Shown piece by piece: positions 11,836 through 24,129 of a stretch of DNA of 64,000 nt (within the stretch, counting starts at the first letter, position 1; each line of letters begins with the position of its first letter). This DNA is from Mobula hypostoma (Eukaryota), in contig NC_086097.1 of assembly GCF_963921235.1 (NCBI RefSeq), positions 224,752,001 to 224,816,000 of the forward strand, read 5' to 3'. The position numbers and the translations under genes are program-made. The notes under the pieces were generated by a model. That model was given only the letters and a program-made list of their open reading frames with translations, was not told the origin of the DNA and made no database searches.

Positions 11836-13134
11836 AAATAATGAAAATCGTTTTGCAAGAAACATGCAGTGTATCCAGCAACATCAATGCAGGGATAAAA
11901 AGAGTTTGTGTCATTGTGTCAGAAATAGCTCTCTGTGTTTAAAAGCTGACTGGTTGAGTCAGTATTTCCAAAATGAAAGTAAATTGCAAAAATAGCAGCA
12001 TAGTGACAAGTGACATGACAAGTTGTAAAAACTGATTTTTGATCAGTTTCTTCCACAGTCCTTACATCAACAGCCATTGATCTGAAACACCAACTTTATT
12101 TCTTTTAGAATGCATAATTTTTTGAGTATTTCCTCCATCAATGTGACTTACTCTTCCTAAATCACTGGCAGAGGGAGGTTGAGTAAAGAGAGAATATTCC
12201 AACTTTTCTGCACCTCATGCAAAAGTGGAAGTGAAAGTCACATTTCACCTGAATATTTTAATCCAATGGGACATATTGACCATCTTTAATTGGTCATCAC
12301 AGGGAGCAGATACTATAGTTGCATCTTTACTAATAGGTAATTGCGAGGCAGCCTGAAAATGTTTCATGTTCCTGGGTGGCAACTTCTTAGACCAACTAAT
12401 CTGGGCCCTTATATTGATGCAATTATGCCAAAGTCATGCCAGTAGTTATATTTCAGTAGGAGTTTTAGGAGACTTGGTATGTCGCCAAAGATTCCAGCAA
12501 ATTTCTACAGATGTACTGTGGAGAGCATTTTGACTTGTTGCATCATTGTCTGGTACTCTCAGCAAAGTGAGGAATTTTATTAAGCGTGATTTTTGCATTA
12601 ACACTTGTGAGGGACATTTGGTTACAGTACAAGTTTCCTAATGGTGTAGGGTTCATGTCCTGGCAGACACTTCCCTCGCAACTTCATGGTCCACCATTTT
12701 TGCTTCCTCCAGTGTTTTTGGAAGGAAAAGGGAACATTTGCAGTGTCCAGATATGGAACTTAGAACTGAGGTGAGGAGAAATGTCTTTACTAAGAGGGTA
12801 GTGAACAAATGGAATTCTGAACCACAGACGTCAACTAGGCTGAGTTCCTGAATATATACGGAGGATTGATTTCTAGACACAAAATACATCCACATAAATA
12901 AGGCGAGTGGAAAAATGGCATTCAGATAGATGATCAGCCATGAATAGAAGATCAGGATCAAAGGGCTGACTGGCCCATCATGCACTTCTTCATGTTTTTG
13001 TGATCGTTTTTTGCAATGATAAAGAGTAATGTTTGAGACGACCAAGTAAAATGTCTTTTTAAAATCAGATCTAACGTCGGATTTGAATTATTCTGGCAAG
13101 TTTTTTCCATAAAATGTCATTATTCCTCTATATG

Positions 13135-14775
13135 TACGAAATGCTGGAGAACTTAACAGGTCTGGCAGCATCCATGGAATAATCAGTCAATGTCACGGGA
13201 CGAGACCTTTCATCAGGATGAGAAAGGAAGGGGAAGAAGCCAGAATAAGAAGGTTCGGGGGGTGGGGGGGGTGCGGTGTGGAGAAGGAATATAAGCCTGA
13301 AGATAATAGATGAAGCCAGTGGTGGGGGGGGGGGGAAGAAGTACGAAGCTAACAGGTGATGGGTGGAAAAGGTAAAGGGCTGGAAAAGGTGAAGACAGTG
13401 AACATGGGTGAAATGGAAGGAGGAGGGGCACTAGGGGAGGTGATAGGCATTTGAGGAGAAGAAAAGAATAAGAAAGGAGCCAGAGTAGGGAAGGGAAGAA
13501 GGGAGAAGTGGGAGGGGGAGTGATTACCCTAAGTTAGAGAAGTCAATGTTCTTGCCATCAGATTGGAGGCTACATACACAGGGATATGAAGTGTTGCTCT
13601 TCCACCCTGAGAGCGGCCTCATTGTGACAGTAGGGGAGGCCATGGACAAATACATCAGAATGGGGATTGGAATTAAAATGAATGGCCACTGGTAAATCCT
13701 GCTTTTTGTTGATAGAGCCAAGATGCTCGATATAGTGGTCCCCCAGTCTACGGTGGGTCTCACCATTGTAGAGGAGGCTGCATTGGAAGCATCGTATACA
13801 GAAGGCGACCCAACAGATTCAAGAGGTGAAGTATTCCCTCACCTGGAAGGACTGTTTGGGGCCCTGTATGGAGGTGAGGGAGGAGGTGAATAGACAGGTG
13901 TAGCATTTTTCCACTTCCAGGGATTAAGTGCCAGGAGGGAGCATAGTGTGGAGGGATGAAAGGACAAGGCAATCATGGAGAAAGCAATTCCTTTGGGAAG
14001 TGGAGAATTGGTGGGGGGGGCGGGGTGTGGAAGGTAAAGATGTGTTTGGTGGTAGGATCCAATTGAAGTCGATGGAAGCTGTGGAGAATGATGTGCTGGA
14101 TACAGAGGCTCATGAGGTGATAGGTGAGGACCTGAGGATCTCTATCCCTGTTAAGGTGGTGGGAAGATGGGATGATAGTGGATGAGTGCAGAAAAGGAGG
14201 AGATACGGGTCAGAGCCCCATCAATGGTGGATGAAGGGAAACACCAGTTTTTGAAGAAGGGCTTTGATATGTTTGTTCTTAAAAAAAGACAAACTTAATG
14301 TGGGTAAATGCCAGAACATTTATTCTACTGAACTCCCAGCTCAGCACTGAGCATGTGTGACCAGCTCCCCGTTGAAGCTTCCAGTTCCAGGGTGAACCAC
14401 CTGCATTGCCCATTGGGGACTGGGGTTCCTTACTATGTACACACATAGTAACACAGACATTTCTGATGTCCTGGAACGGTAAGTCTCATCCTGGGCATAG
14501 CTGTGGCGAAGACAAAGAAACTGATAAAAGGAAATGGAATTTTTACAGGAGACAAGGTGGGAAGAGGTATAGTTAAGATAGATGTGGACTTCAGTAGGTT
14601 TATATAAGATATTGATAGAGACTTTGTCCCAAGAGAAGGAGACAGAGAGATTGAGAAAGGGAAGAGAGACGTCAGTCCTGAAGAAGGGTCTCGGCCCAAA
14701 ATGTTGAATATCTATTCGCTTCCACAGATGCTTCCTGAGCTGTTGAGTTCCCCCAGCACTTCATGTGTGTTGTTC
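13135..14775 (-). mobile_element. Penelope-like element (Neptune-type) with an inverted pseudo-LTR at its 5' side
   Basis: GIY-YIG remnant ending LQSDGKNIDFSN and RT C-terminal remnants. Terminal repeat on minus at ~13135-13220 and on plus at ~14672-14775; unrelated sequence at ~14270-14455. Confidence 0.8.
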
Positions 14776-15904
14776 AGAATGTACTATGGATTTCAAGAAA
14801 CTATTGCCTTTTAGGTGAACTAAAGTTCTTTTAAGGATACCAATTCAAAACAGTACACTATGCTCGTAATTCTTGCATTGTGACCAGTTTTGAAGTGATT
14901 TTGCAACAAACTGTCTGCACTGAGTGTGGTGCAGCTGAATGAGATTCCATCCAAATTACAGCTTGTCTAGAAAATTATTCCCATATGTTTATAAAGGTCG
15001 GAGATCAACCTTGTCCTCATCCAGGCAAAGGCAAACACAAGATCAAGCAAAGGGTCATTTATGTACCGCAGGGCTCACTTTAGTTTTAATTGTTTAATCA
15101 GTGCAGCATAAAGTAAGTTAGACCATTCAGCTAAGATGAACTTTTTCTTAGAAGGTGTGCAATCATGTTCAAATGTTTCAAATTGCTCCATTGTCAAATA
15201 ATGGAATGCTGTATTAGCTCAAATGCTTCCAATTATATTCAAGCAGATACTAAAGCAGTTTTCCTGATAAGTTGTACCAGTGTGATGGTAGGCTACTGAT
15301 ATCAATTTTGTTGCTCATGACTTTAGAGTTTTAGACATAGGTTATAATGAGCTTTAGGTAATATCCAGTACTGCTAAAATAGAAGATGGTATCAATGCAG
15401 AAGTGATCAAAAAATTTCAGGTGCTTTCTTCATTCAATCATGTCGACTGAAAATGAAAAGAAAAGGTTTTGTCACATAGGTTAAACATGCTGTAGACCAC
15501 TGCTTTGTTTTACAGTACCTGTCTGCTACCATACTGTGCAGTAAGTGCATGCAATTCAGGTCAAGGTTCAACTGTAATGATCCTAGGTGAAAAGGTGAAT
15601 ATTTATTAATTTTCCGAAGTTTTTCATAATACTTTATTTATTTCTTGAGCTACAGTGCAGAATAGGCCCCTCCAGCCCTTCAAGCTCTACTGACAAGCAA
15701 ACCCTGATTTAACCGTAGCCTAATCACAGGGCAATTTACAATGGCCAATCAACCTGCTAATGGGTACAATTTTGGACTGTGGGAGACTGTGACAGGTCAT
15801 CAAGGTGAAGCAATAACTCTTATAAATAACCCTCCATAGATGTTGCCTGAAATGCTGAGCAATTTCCTGTCATAACAGGTCAAGAGCAGATGCCACTTCA
15901 TTGG

Positions 15905-17118
15905 CTTTTCACTCAACCCTGGAACATCTGAACTGTGAAGATGTTCTTCACTGAGTACAGTTTGGCATTCGATACTATCATCCCCTCAAAGCTAATCGAT
16001 AAGCTCCAAGCCCTAGGCCTCAATACCCCATGGGGAGACTGGATCCTCACTTGCAGACGACAGTCAGTTGAGATTGGCAATAGCATCTCCTCAACAATCT
16101 CCATCAGCACCAGTGCATCACGGGGCTGTGTGCTAAGTCATTGGCTGAATCAAAGGTGGTGTTGAATTAACATATAGGAGGGAGATTGAAAATCTGGCTG
16201 AGTAATGCCACAACAGCAACCTCTCAATGTCAGAGAAACCAAGGAGCTGATTATTGACTACACGAGGAGGAAACCAGGGGACCATGAGCCAGTCTTCATC
16301 AGGGGAGCAGGGGTGGAGAAAGAATGGCTCATGGTCCCCTGGTTTCCTGCTCGTGTAGTCAATAATCAGCTCCTTGGTTTCCCTGACATTGAGAGGTTGC
16401 TGTTGTGGCATTACTCAGCCAGATTTTCAATCTGCCCCCATATGTTAATTCAACACCACTGCCTTAAATTCTTCAGTGTTAACTTTTCAGAGAATACGTC
16501 CTAGGTCTAGCATGTCAGTGCCATTACAATGAAGGCATGACAGCGCCTCTAATTTCTCAGAATTTTGTGAAGATTTGGCATCTAAAACTTTGACAAACCT
16601 TTATAAATGCACAGTGGAGAGATTACTGACTGGCTGTATCATGGCCTGGTATGCAAACTTCAATGCCCTTAAACGGAAAAGCCTCCAAAGAGTAGTGGAT
16701 ACCACCCAATCCAACATAGGTAAATCCCTCCCCACAGGTGGGCTCATCTACAAAGAGTGCGGTCACAGGAAAGCAGCATCCATCATCAGGGACTACCACC
16801 CCCCAGGTCATGTTCTCTTCTTAAACCACAGGGGATAACTTCAGTGAACTTCACTCACCCAGAACCTACGAATTCATCTCATGTTTTCGATATTCATTGC
16901 TTATTTATTTTTTTATTATTTTGTTGTTTTTTTTTTCTTTTTGTATTTGCAGTTTATTGTCTTTTACACATGGGTTGATTGTTCATCTTTAGTAAGCAGT
17001 TTTTCATTGACTGATTGTGTTTCTTTGTATTTACTGTGAATGTCTGCAACAAAAGCAATCTCAGAGTAGCATATGGTGATATACATGCACTGCGATAATA
17101 AATTTACTTTGAACTTTG
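15905..17118 (+). mobile_element. Rex1/Babar LINE fragment containing an internal inverted duplication
   Basis: RT motifs FTEYSLAFDTIIPSKLIDKL, LNVRETKELIIDY and KTLTNLYKCTVERLLTGCI; tail AATAAATTTACTTTGAACTTTG. Confidence 0.9.
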
Positions 17119-17279
17119 ATTTTTAATTGTTTTCAGATTTCCTGCACCTGCAGCATTTTTCCTTTACTTGAGTATTTAAGCGTTACCTGACCTCATAGGT
17201 TCCACCTGTTGTAATGAAATTCACTGATTTTGCACCCATGCATTTTGTAGGCACTAGGTGCAGTGATCTGTGTACATAC

Positions 17280-17648
17280 ATCTATTGATGCTCCTGGACA
17301 CATCTTCAGTGATGTTCCTGGAATCATCGGCTGTTTCGGGTCTTTCAACATCATACAACCTCCTCCAGGCGACCCAGCCGGGGCTGATCAGACCCCAGCT
17401 TGTGTCCAGATGGCTAGCTACTTATGACTCCATGGCTCCCCTCTTTTGAGCCACAGCCATCTTGAGGCCCTCTCTGCCGCATCGGTGGTACTGCGGATGG
17501 CTCTCCTCTTCCTCTCTCCCTCGATGCCCAAAATGCTGAAGGCTCTAACTAAAGAACGGACTACGAATCCCCTACAATCAACCTCCACTGGGAGACATCT
17601 CACCCTCCATCCAGCCTGCTGACAGTTGCTGACCAGTCCTGTGTACTG
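17280..17648 (-). mobile_element. HERO-like (R2-group, restriction-like endonuclease) non-LTR retrotransposon 3' fragment
   Basis: YTGLVSNCQQAGWRVRCLPVEVDCRGF...LGIEG...AAERASRWLWLKR matches the EVGCRGF / AERASRWLW C-terminus of HERO elements, followed by a short 3' UTR. Confidence 0.75.
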
Positions 17649-20244
17649 TATTACACCATCTTATCATTTACGACTTTACTGCCTTCTCAGCTCCGCCCAG
17701 GGGTTAATTAATTCTTTTCAGTCGGTAAATATTTTTTAATATACTGAATCTATTAGGTCTTGATGACAACATTGGATCTGATCCACAGGGGGAAGATCCT
17801 CGTGTTTGAATGATCACTTTTTCTCCCTCGATGCTGTCAGACGATGGTGCTGGAGCAAGGTTTAATCAACACGGTTTGTAGATTGGAATCTAATTCACAT
17901 TCTGATGACTCCCTTTTTTGTTGCTAGTTTAGGCAGTCTGCAGATAAACAACACTGAGCTGAACTGAAATATGACTTTTGATTTTGTGTTTTATATTCTG
18001 TGTCTTTGCACATTTTTTGTTGCGGTTTGCATGTGGGGGAGGAAGGGGTTTGATGTTTTTCTTTGACCAGGTTGGTTCCAAGGTTCTTTGCTTTGGGGCT
18101 ATTTGTGGCGAAGATGGAACACAGGGCTGTAGGCTGCATACATACTTGGATAAAAAATATACTTTGAATCCGTTGAGCTTTAATTAGAGATCTGACTGGG
18201 AAAACCTTCTGAATCCAGAGTGGTTGAAACCATATTGTGGACTATTTGAAACACAGGTAGCAAATTTCTGTATCAGTCTAACATGGCCACAGGCAGCAGG
18301 ATGTGGAAGTTAAGATCAAACCACACGTTCACTATATTGCTTCACTCTAGGCACCCACCCCATCTAGCGTTTACAAACCACACAGGTGAAAAATCGCTGG
18401 GTTACTTTACAACATGTGTGACCTGAGAGGTCAGGTTGATGTTCTGATTTACCCTGGAACATCAGGGTATGTGCCTCCACATCTTGTACTCGGGACCAGT
18501 TAGTGCTTTGTATGCTGCAAATGGTGAGCATGGACACATTAACAGGATCAAAAGGTGAATCAGTTATACAAGGGTCAAACTGATATATTCCACTATTTTT
18601 TTCTTTGTGGTTGTCCATTAATGCAAGTGCACCAATACCAGGAAATGAAATGGTCTATCTCTCTCTGTAAGATTGGACAAATGACAATTCGATAAGAAAT
18701 CAGTTGATAAAAAAAGACTAAAAATGTAATAAATATAGGCAACTGTAGGCTATTAAGCTGATTAATTCTACTCCATCATTTAATAAGATTGCAGCTGACC
18801 TAATCATTGAATGCATCTCCACTTTGCTGTCTAATCTTCATAACCTTAGAATGCATACTTGTCCAAAAATCCATCTCTCTTAGCATAATACAGTATTAAT
18901 CCATCAGCATTACAGAATCCCAAGGATTCACAATCCAACTTCAAGACAAGAACACCTTTCTCATCTAGTCCTTAAATGGACAGCCACTTGTCCTGAGGCC
19001 GTGTTTCTGAGTTGAGATATCTCTATGAAGAAAAATACCTTTACAGCACCCGCTGTACAAAGATCATTCAGATAATACAGTTTCTATTAAATTTCTTCAA
19101 AAGGAGCTCCTTTGTCCTGAAGAACGGTGTATGGTCTCCAAGGCAAATATACCTCTCCTTGCATAGAGAGACCAAAAATGTGGAGAGTACCTCACGTATC
19201 ACTATAGCCTTCTAGGGACGGAGTAAGAAGGCCCTAAGTTCTTCTTTCAGTAAACTTTGATATTCCTAATTACCTTCTCTATCTGAGTGATTACTTTCTG
19301 TATTTCTTGTACACCCATCTAACTCTGATCACATCAATAATTTAAGCTGGGATTCACTTGCTCAATTTCAAATATTGTCATAAAACTAATTAAAATAGAA
19401 AGGGAACTGGTTTTAATGATAGTACTTTAAACTGACCCGGACTTCTGTAGGTCAAATCTACCTATTTTATGATCCATTTTTGGGGTGAAATCATTGTCAC
19501 ATTGTCACGTTATTGCATCTCTCCATCACAGATGGATGGCAGCACCCTGATTTACTGTCTCATTCAAAAAATACCACCTCGAGCACTGCATTACTACCTA
19601 ACTAGTAGTACACGCTGAAGTTCAGACGTTCAAGATTCAGAAATATCTCACCTCATCCGAGAAATATAAGTACACGATTCAAGCTACATGCCGAAGTATG
19701 TGGCTTGGATTACGTGCTTATATTCCTGAGATGAGGTGAGAAATTTCTGACTCCGAGGTAACGAACCCTGACAAACAGCTGTCAGGAATGAGGCTTATGC
19801 TATCAATAACTGCACTCTTATACTGCACCTTCAATGTAAGGTTTATCCCAAGGTGATTTCAAGATGTCAAGATGGATTTCAAGTCCTACACCACCAGGTT
19901 CAAGAACACCTACTTCCCTTCAACCATTTGGTTCTTGAACCGACTGGTAGCTGAGCAACACTACGAGCACTTTGACCACTTTTTCACTTAAATATACTTT
20001 GTCATAGTTTTGTTCCAGTTGTGTTTCTTGTAAAACATTTGTAGAATTAATGTTTAATATATGTCTTTCTTGTGAATGCCAGTTGCATGGTGCTATATGC
20101 CTGTTCTGTTGTTACGATTTAGTTTGTTTCATTGCACCTGTGCATACAGGTAGTTGTGCATTTGACAATAAACTCCACTTTGACGTTGGGTATAACACAA
20201 ATGGATCCTAAATTGGGAAGAGAGAATTTAAGAGAAATAACCCA

Positions 20245-20760
20245 AGCTCCCACTACCTATTCAAAGCTCCCAATGACGTAAGCCTCTTATAGCCTCTGAC
20301 AACCAATTACAGCTCCTGGCCTTCATGTGTGGCTTAGCTATTAAGCCTGGTGGAATAGTTTCTACTGACAGGAGAAGGGGCAAAGGCAGGTTAATGGTGC
20401 CTTAAAGCCAGTCACTTCAGGCAGATGTGGCCGGTCAGCTGTGGCTGGCAGCTCATCAAGGAGAAGGCAAACTCTGATCTTAAACCTTACTGCTACACTC
20501 ACTCATAGGGAAGGCTTCAGGAGTAAATCCTGAGGAAAAATCTGTAGCTGGGCAAAAACCTTAAGGCAGTCCTACATTGAGTTCAACGTTGACTGGCAAC
20601 TCCTGTGATGCTGCTGATGTCAAACTGTATTGGTCTGTGCCGTTCCCTTGGCTTCATCAGCAGCATGGAGGGGGAGCCTGCTACATGGGCAACAGCTTGC
20701 TCTCCACATTGTGCTGCCCTGGTTTGTCTATCACATAGACAGCTGGGATGCAATATCCCT
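20245..20760 (+). mobile_element. RTE-like non-autonomous element (5' UTR-derived)
   Basis: GGAGAAGGCAAACTCTGATCTTAAACC and AAATCCTGAGGAAAAATC resemble RTE-clade 5' UTRs; no ORF. Confidence 0.5.
20313..20374 (+). ncRNA. Partial HDV-like ribozyme fold (P2, P3, L3, P4, J4/2)
   Basis: P2 CTCCTG/CAGGAG, P3 GCC/GGC, L3 TTCATGTGT, P4 TGGAA/TTCTA, J4/2 CTGA; the P1 5' strand was not found. Confidence 0.4.
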
Positions 20761-21111
20761 CAAGGTGGAAATTCTGAATAAAAGTTCAAAGTTCAAAGTG
20801 AATTTATTATCAAAGAGCATACATGTCACCATACCCAACCCCAAGGGTCATCTTCTTGCAGGCATACTCAACCCATAATAAAATAATAACCGTATGAGTT
20901 TAGAATATGTGAATATGTGAACCAGTGAGCATAGTGGTGATAGGGGAGAGCTCCTAGTACTGGTTAAAATATAGCTCACTGTAGCTTTTGGCAAAGTGGA
21001 GGCAAAGTGTAAATGAAAGGAAAGCAGAAAGGACAACATGGAACTAGATGAGCTTGTGAGATGATATATTGTCCCAGTTTGTTTCCAGTCCAGGGCAGAA
21101 ACGAACGAACT

Positions 21112-21620
21112 GAATCAGAATCGGGGTCAATACCACTGGTATATGTCGAGAATTATGTTGCAGTGCATTGTAATACATAATTGAAAAACCTATAAATTAC
21201 AATAAGAAATTATATTGAATAAATAGTACAAAAAGAGCAAAAAAGAAAAAAAAATAGTGAGGTACTGTACATGAGTTCATTGTCCATTCAGAAATCTGAT
21301 GGCTGATGGGAAGAAGCTGTTCCTAAAATGTTGAGCCTGTACCTCCTCCCTGACGGTAGCACTGAAAAAAGGCCATGCCCAGGATGATGGGAGTCCTTAA
21401 TGAAGGAGACCACCTTTTAGAGGCATTGCCTTTTGAAGGTGTCCTCGATGCTGGGGAGGCCAGTGCCTATGATGGAGCTGACTGAGTTTACAACTTCCTG
21501 CAGCTTTTTCTGATCCTGTGCAGTGGCCCCTCCAAATCAGACAGTGATGCAACCAGTTGGAATGCATCTGTAGAAATTTGAGAGAGTCTTTGGTGACATC
21601 CCAAGTCTTGTCAAATAGCT
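21112..21620 (-). mobile_element. Rex1/Babar LINE 3' fragment
   Basis: (GAATCA)n tail on plus; minus encodes TGCITV...QDQKKLQEVVNSVSSIIG. Confidence 0.8.
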
Positions 21621-22288
21621 CTAAAAGAGAGACCATAGAGTACACCGTCTTACAGTAATTGCACAGTTGTAGAGCTGAAGCATTTCCAGGTCAGAAGAAA
21701 GGGGGTGGAGGGTGACTACGTTGCAGACTTGTAGATAGATTAGAAATAACCTTGTAACATACTGTACTAGAACAGAGAACACAGAACAGCAAGGTAAACA
21801 ATAGGTTGTTTGGCTCATGTTTATGCTGACCACGATGCCAAATTAAACCAATTCTATCTTCCTGCACTTGGTTTATTCCCTCCATTTATGTACAAATCTA
21901 AATGTGTCTTAAATGTTGCTATCGTATCTGTTTCCACCATTTTTTGTGGCCGCACATTCCAAGTACCTATCACACCCTGTGTAAAAAAAATGTGCCTTAT
22001 AAATCTCCTTTAAACTATCCTCTCACTTTGAAACTATGCTCTCTTGTGTTTGACATTTCCATCCAGTGAAAAGACTCTGTCTATGTACCCTATCTATGCC
22101 TCTGTCAGGTCAACCCGACTGCCTTCAATGCTACAAAGGAAGAAATCCAAGCTTGTCCAACATCCATTTATCGCTAATACTTGTTAATCCACGTAACAGC
22201 CTGGTGAGCCTCTTCTAACACCCTCTCCAAAGTCTCCACATCCTTCCTGTGATGTGGCAAGCTAATTCTACACTGTACTCCAAATGTG

Positions 22289-22628
22289 TGGGTGTCGAAG
22301 TAGAAATATGTCTCTACAAAAGAAGGTGTAGAGACTCCATTCTTCCGCTAGCCCACAGGTCACCCTTGGGAAAGTTGTAGCCTCCAGCCCCCCACCCTCA
22401 ATCAGGGTCACGTGAAGCCATGGAAGGTGGTGGTGGATAGCTGGTGCTTATCACAAGTCCTAGTTATCTGACCATTGATGCCAGGAAGACAATCTCTCAA
22501 GAGTATTGGGTTCATCTGTCTCGTAAAGACACTGTCCAACCACTGGCAAACCACTTCTGTACATACATTGGCCAAGAGCAGTCATGGTCAAGACCATGGT
22601 CACTAATGTCATCCAGCTCAGCACATGA
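22289..22628 (+). mobile_element. SINE-like element with an RTE-type 3' end
   Basis: TSD ACTC(C/T)AAATGTG at 22277-22288 and 22629-22640; GGCAAACCACTTCTGTA...GCCAAGA tail. Confidence 0.65.
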
Positions 22629-22713
22629 ACTCTAAATGTGGCCTAACCAAAGCTATATGAGTTTCCTACCTTTATACTCAGTGCTTGTCTCAATGAAAGC
22701 AAGCATGCCATTC

Positions 22714-23357
22714 CAGACATCCCACCTCTCCCGGAAGTTCCGGGAGTCTCCCACATATGAATAGTGGCTCCCTGATGCTCGCAAATTATATACAATATCA
22801 TGGAAATCAATTTTTTTGAGAGCGAGTGAGCGAGAGAAAGCAAGAGAGAGCGTGAGAGCGACCACAAGAGAGAGCGAGAGCGTGAGAGAGAAAGCAAGTG
22901 AGAGCATGAGAGAGCGTGCGAGTGAGAGAGAGAGATCGCGAGAGAGCAAGAGAGAAAGCAAGCGAGAGCGTACGAGTGACCACGAGAGAGGGAGAGAGAG
23001 AGAGAGAGGATGCACGCCATGGCAGAGTGTTCCAAAAAAAAATGAAACGTACGTCACCCCAGACTACACTAAAGTGTACCCCTACCTAATAGGGATCAAA
23101 AATAATGACAGTGTTGCTCACTGCACTGTTTGCAACAGTGACTTTTCTATTGCCCATGGTGGGTTAAGACTGTAAAAGACATGTTGAGGTGAGTTTAACA
23201 GGTGTCATTCGTTCATTAGCATAGCTAACGTTATTTAAACTAGCTGGCTAGCTGCTAAGGAGCTACTCTATTGCAGACATTCCACCTCTCCCGGAAGTCT
23301 CCCGCAAATTGATGGTGCTACCTCCCTGAAATGAGTTTTTGCAGAGTGCGATGTCTG
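22714..23357 (+). mobile_element. Non-autonomous hAT-like DNA transposon with a BED-finger remnant
   Basis: TIRs CAGACATCCCAC / GTGCGATGTCTG; degenerate TSD TGCCAT(T/A)C; remnant KVYPYLIGIKNNDSVAHCTVCNSDFSIAHGG..DCKRHVE followed by a GTGAGT donor; GA-rich tract at 22818-23010. Confidence 0.75.
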
Positions 23358-24129
23358 CCATACACTTTCTCACCCTAGCTACTTGTGTTGTGAAGATCCC
23401 ACAGGGTATAGCAAGAAACAGATTATTTATATAAAGATCAGCATCTGGGGGCTGCATAATTCTACAGGAGAAAGGGAAAGGCAAAACAGAGTAGCTTTTG
23501 TGATGAAAGTGGTGTTGGAATGGTTAAGCTCTGTTCAGGTTTGGAAACGCTGCCATAGCTGCAAAGATTCTGAAAAGACTGTACCTCTTGTCTGAGAAGG
23601 TGTTATTGGGAGCAAGAGAGCTTGTAATGAAGAATATGGCTTGGGTATTGTTATTTTTAGAGGAAGATTTGACTCTCCTGGATTGTATGTAAGAGGAGCA
23701 AGGAGCTGAAGAGTCAAAGATGTGTGCATTTCACAAGGTCTAAATGCTCCTAAATCTGATTGGTTTGTCCATTCTTATGTTCAACTTTGCTTACTGCTAT
23801 TTTTGATTAAATGGACTCCCTGTGAAAGTTGTAGCAAGACAAGAATAGCCTGGGGCAGTGTTGTCAAGTGAGACCTTTGAAGTGAGACCACTGGAGGTAT
23901 CTCTGCTTATTACCTATGAGATAAGCTGGGATGGTTGTGACAGTATATACTCAAGCCAAACGAGTGAGGCCTCTGTAGTGAGACTATTCCAGAAACGACT
24001 TCCTAAAACATAATGTCCCTTTACACAATATGGGGTGCCAGAGACAGATGAGGTATGAATACAGGAAAGATGTGAATCTTACCCGCCAACTATCGTCTTC
24101 ACTGATTTCAAACTAGTTAGGCAATAGTT

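Larger units (their letters stand above)
21770..23392 (-). mobile_element. Old CR1 3' fragment hosting two insertions
   Basis: AGAACAGAGAACACAGAAC tail on plus and decayed ORF2 end on minus; interrupted at 22289-22628 and 22714-23357. Confidence 0.7.

Noticed and set aside
22643..23175. Long S/L-rich and R/E-rich ORFs
   Set aside because: Products of a GA-rich simple repeat; only the BED-like tail is meaningful
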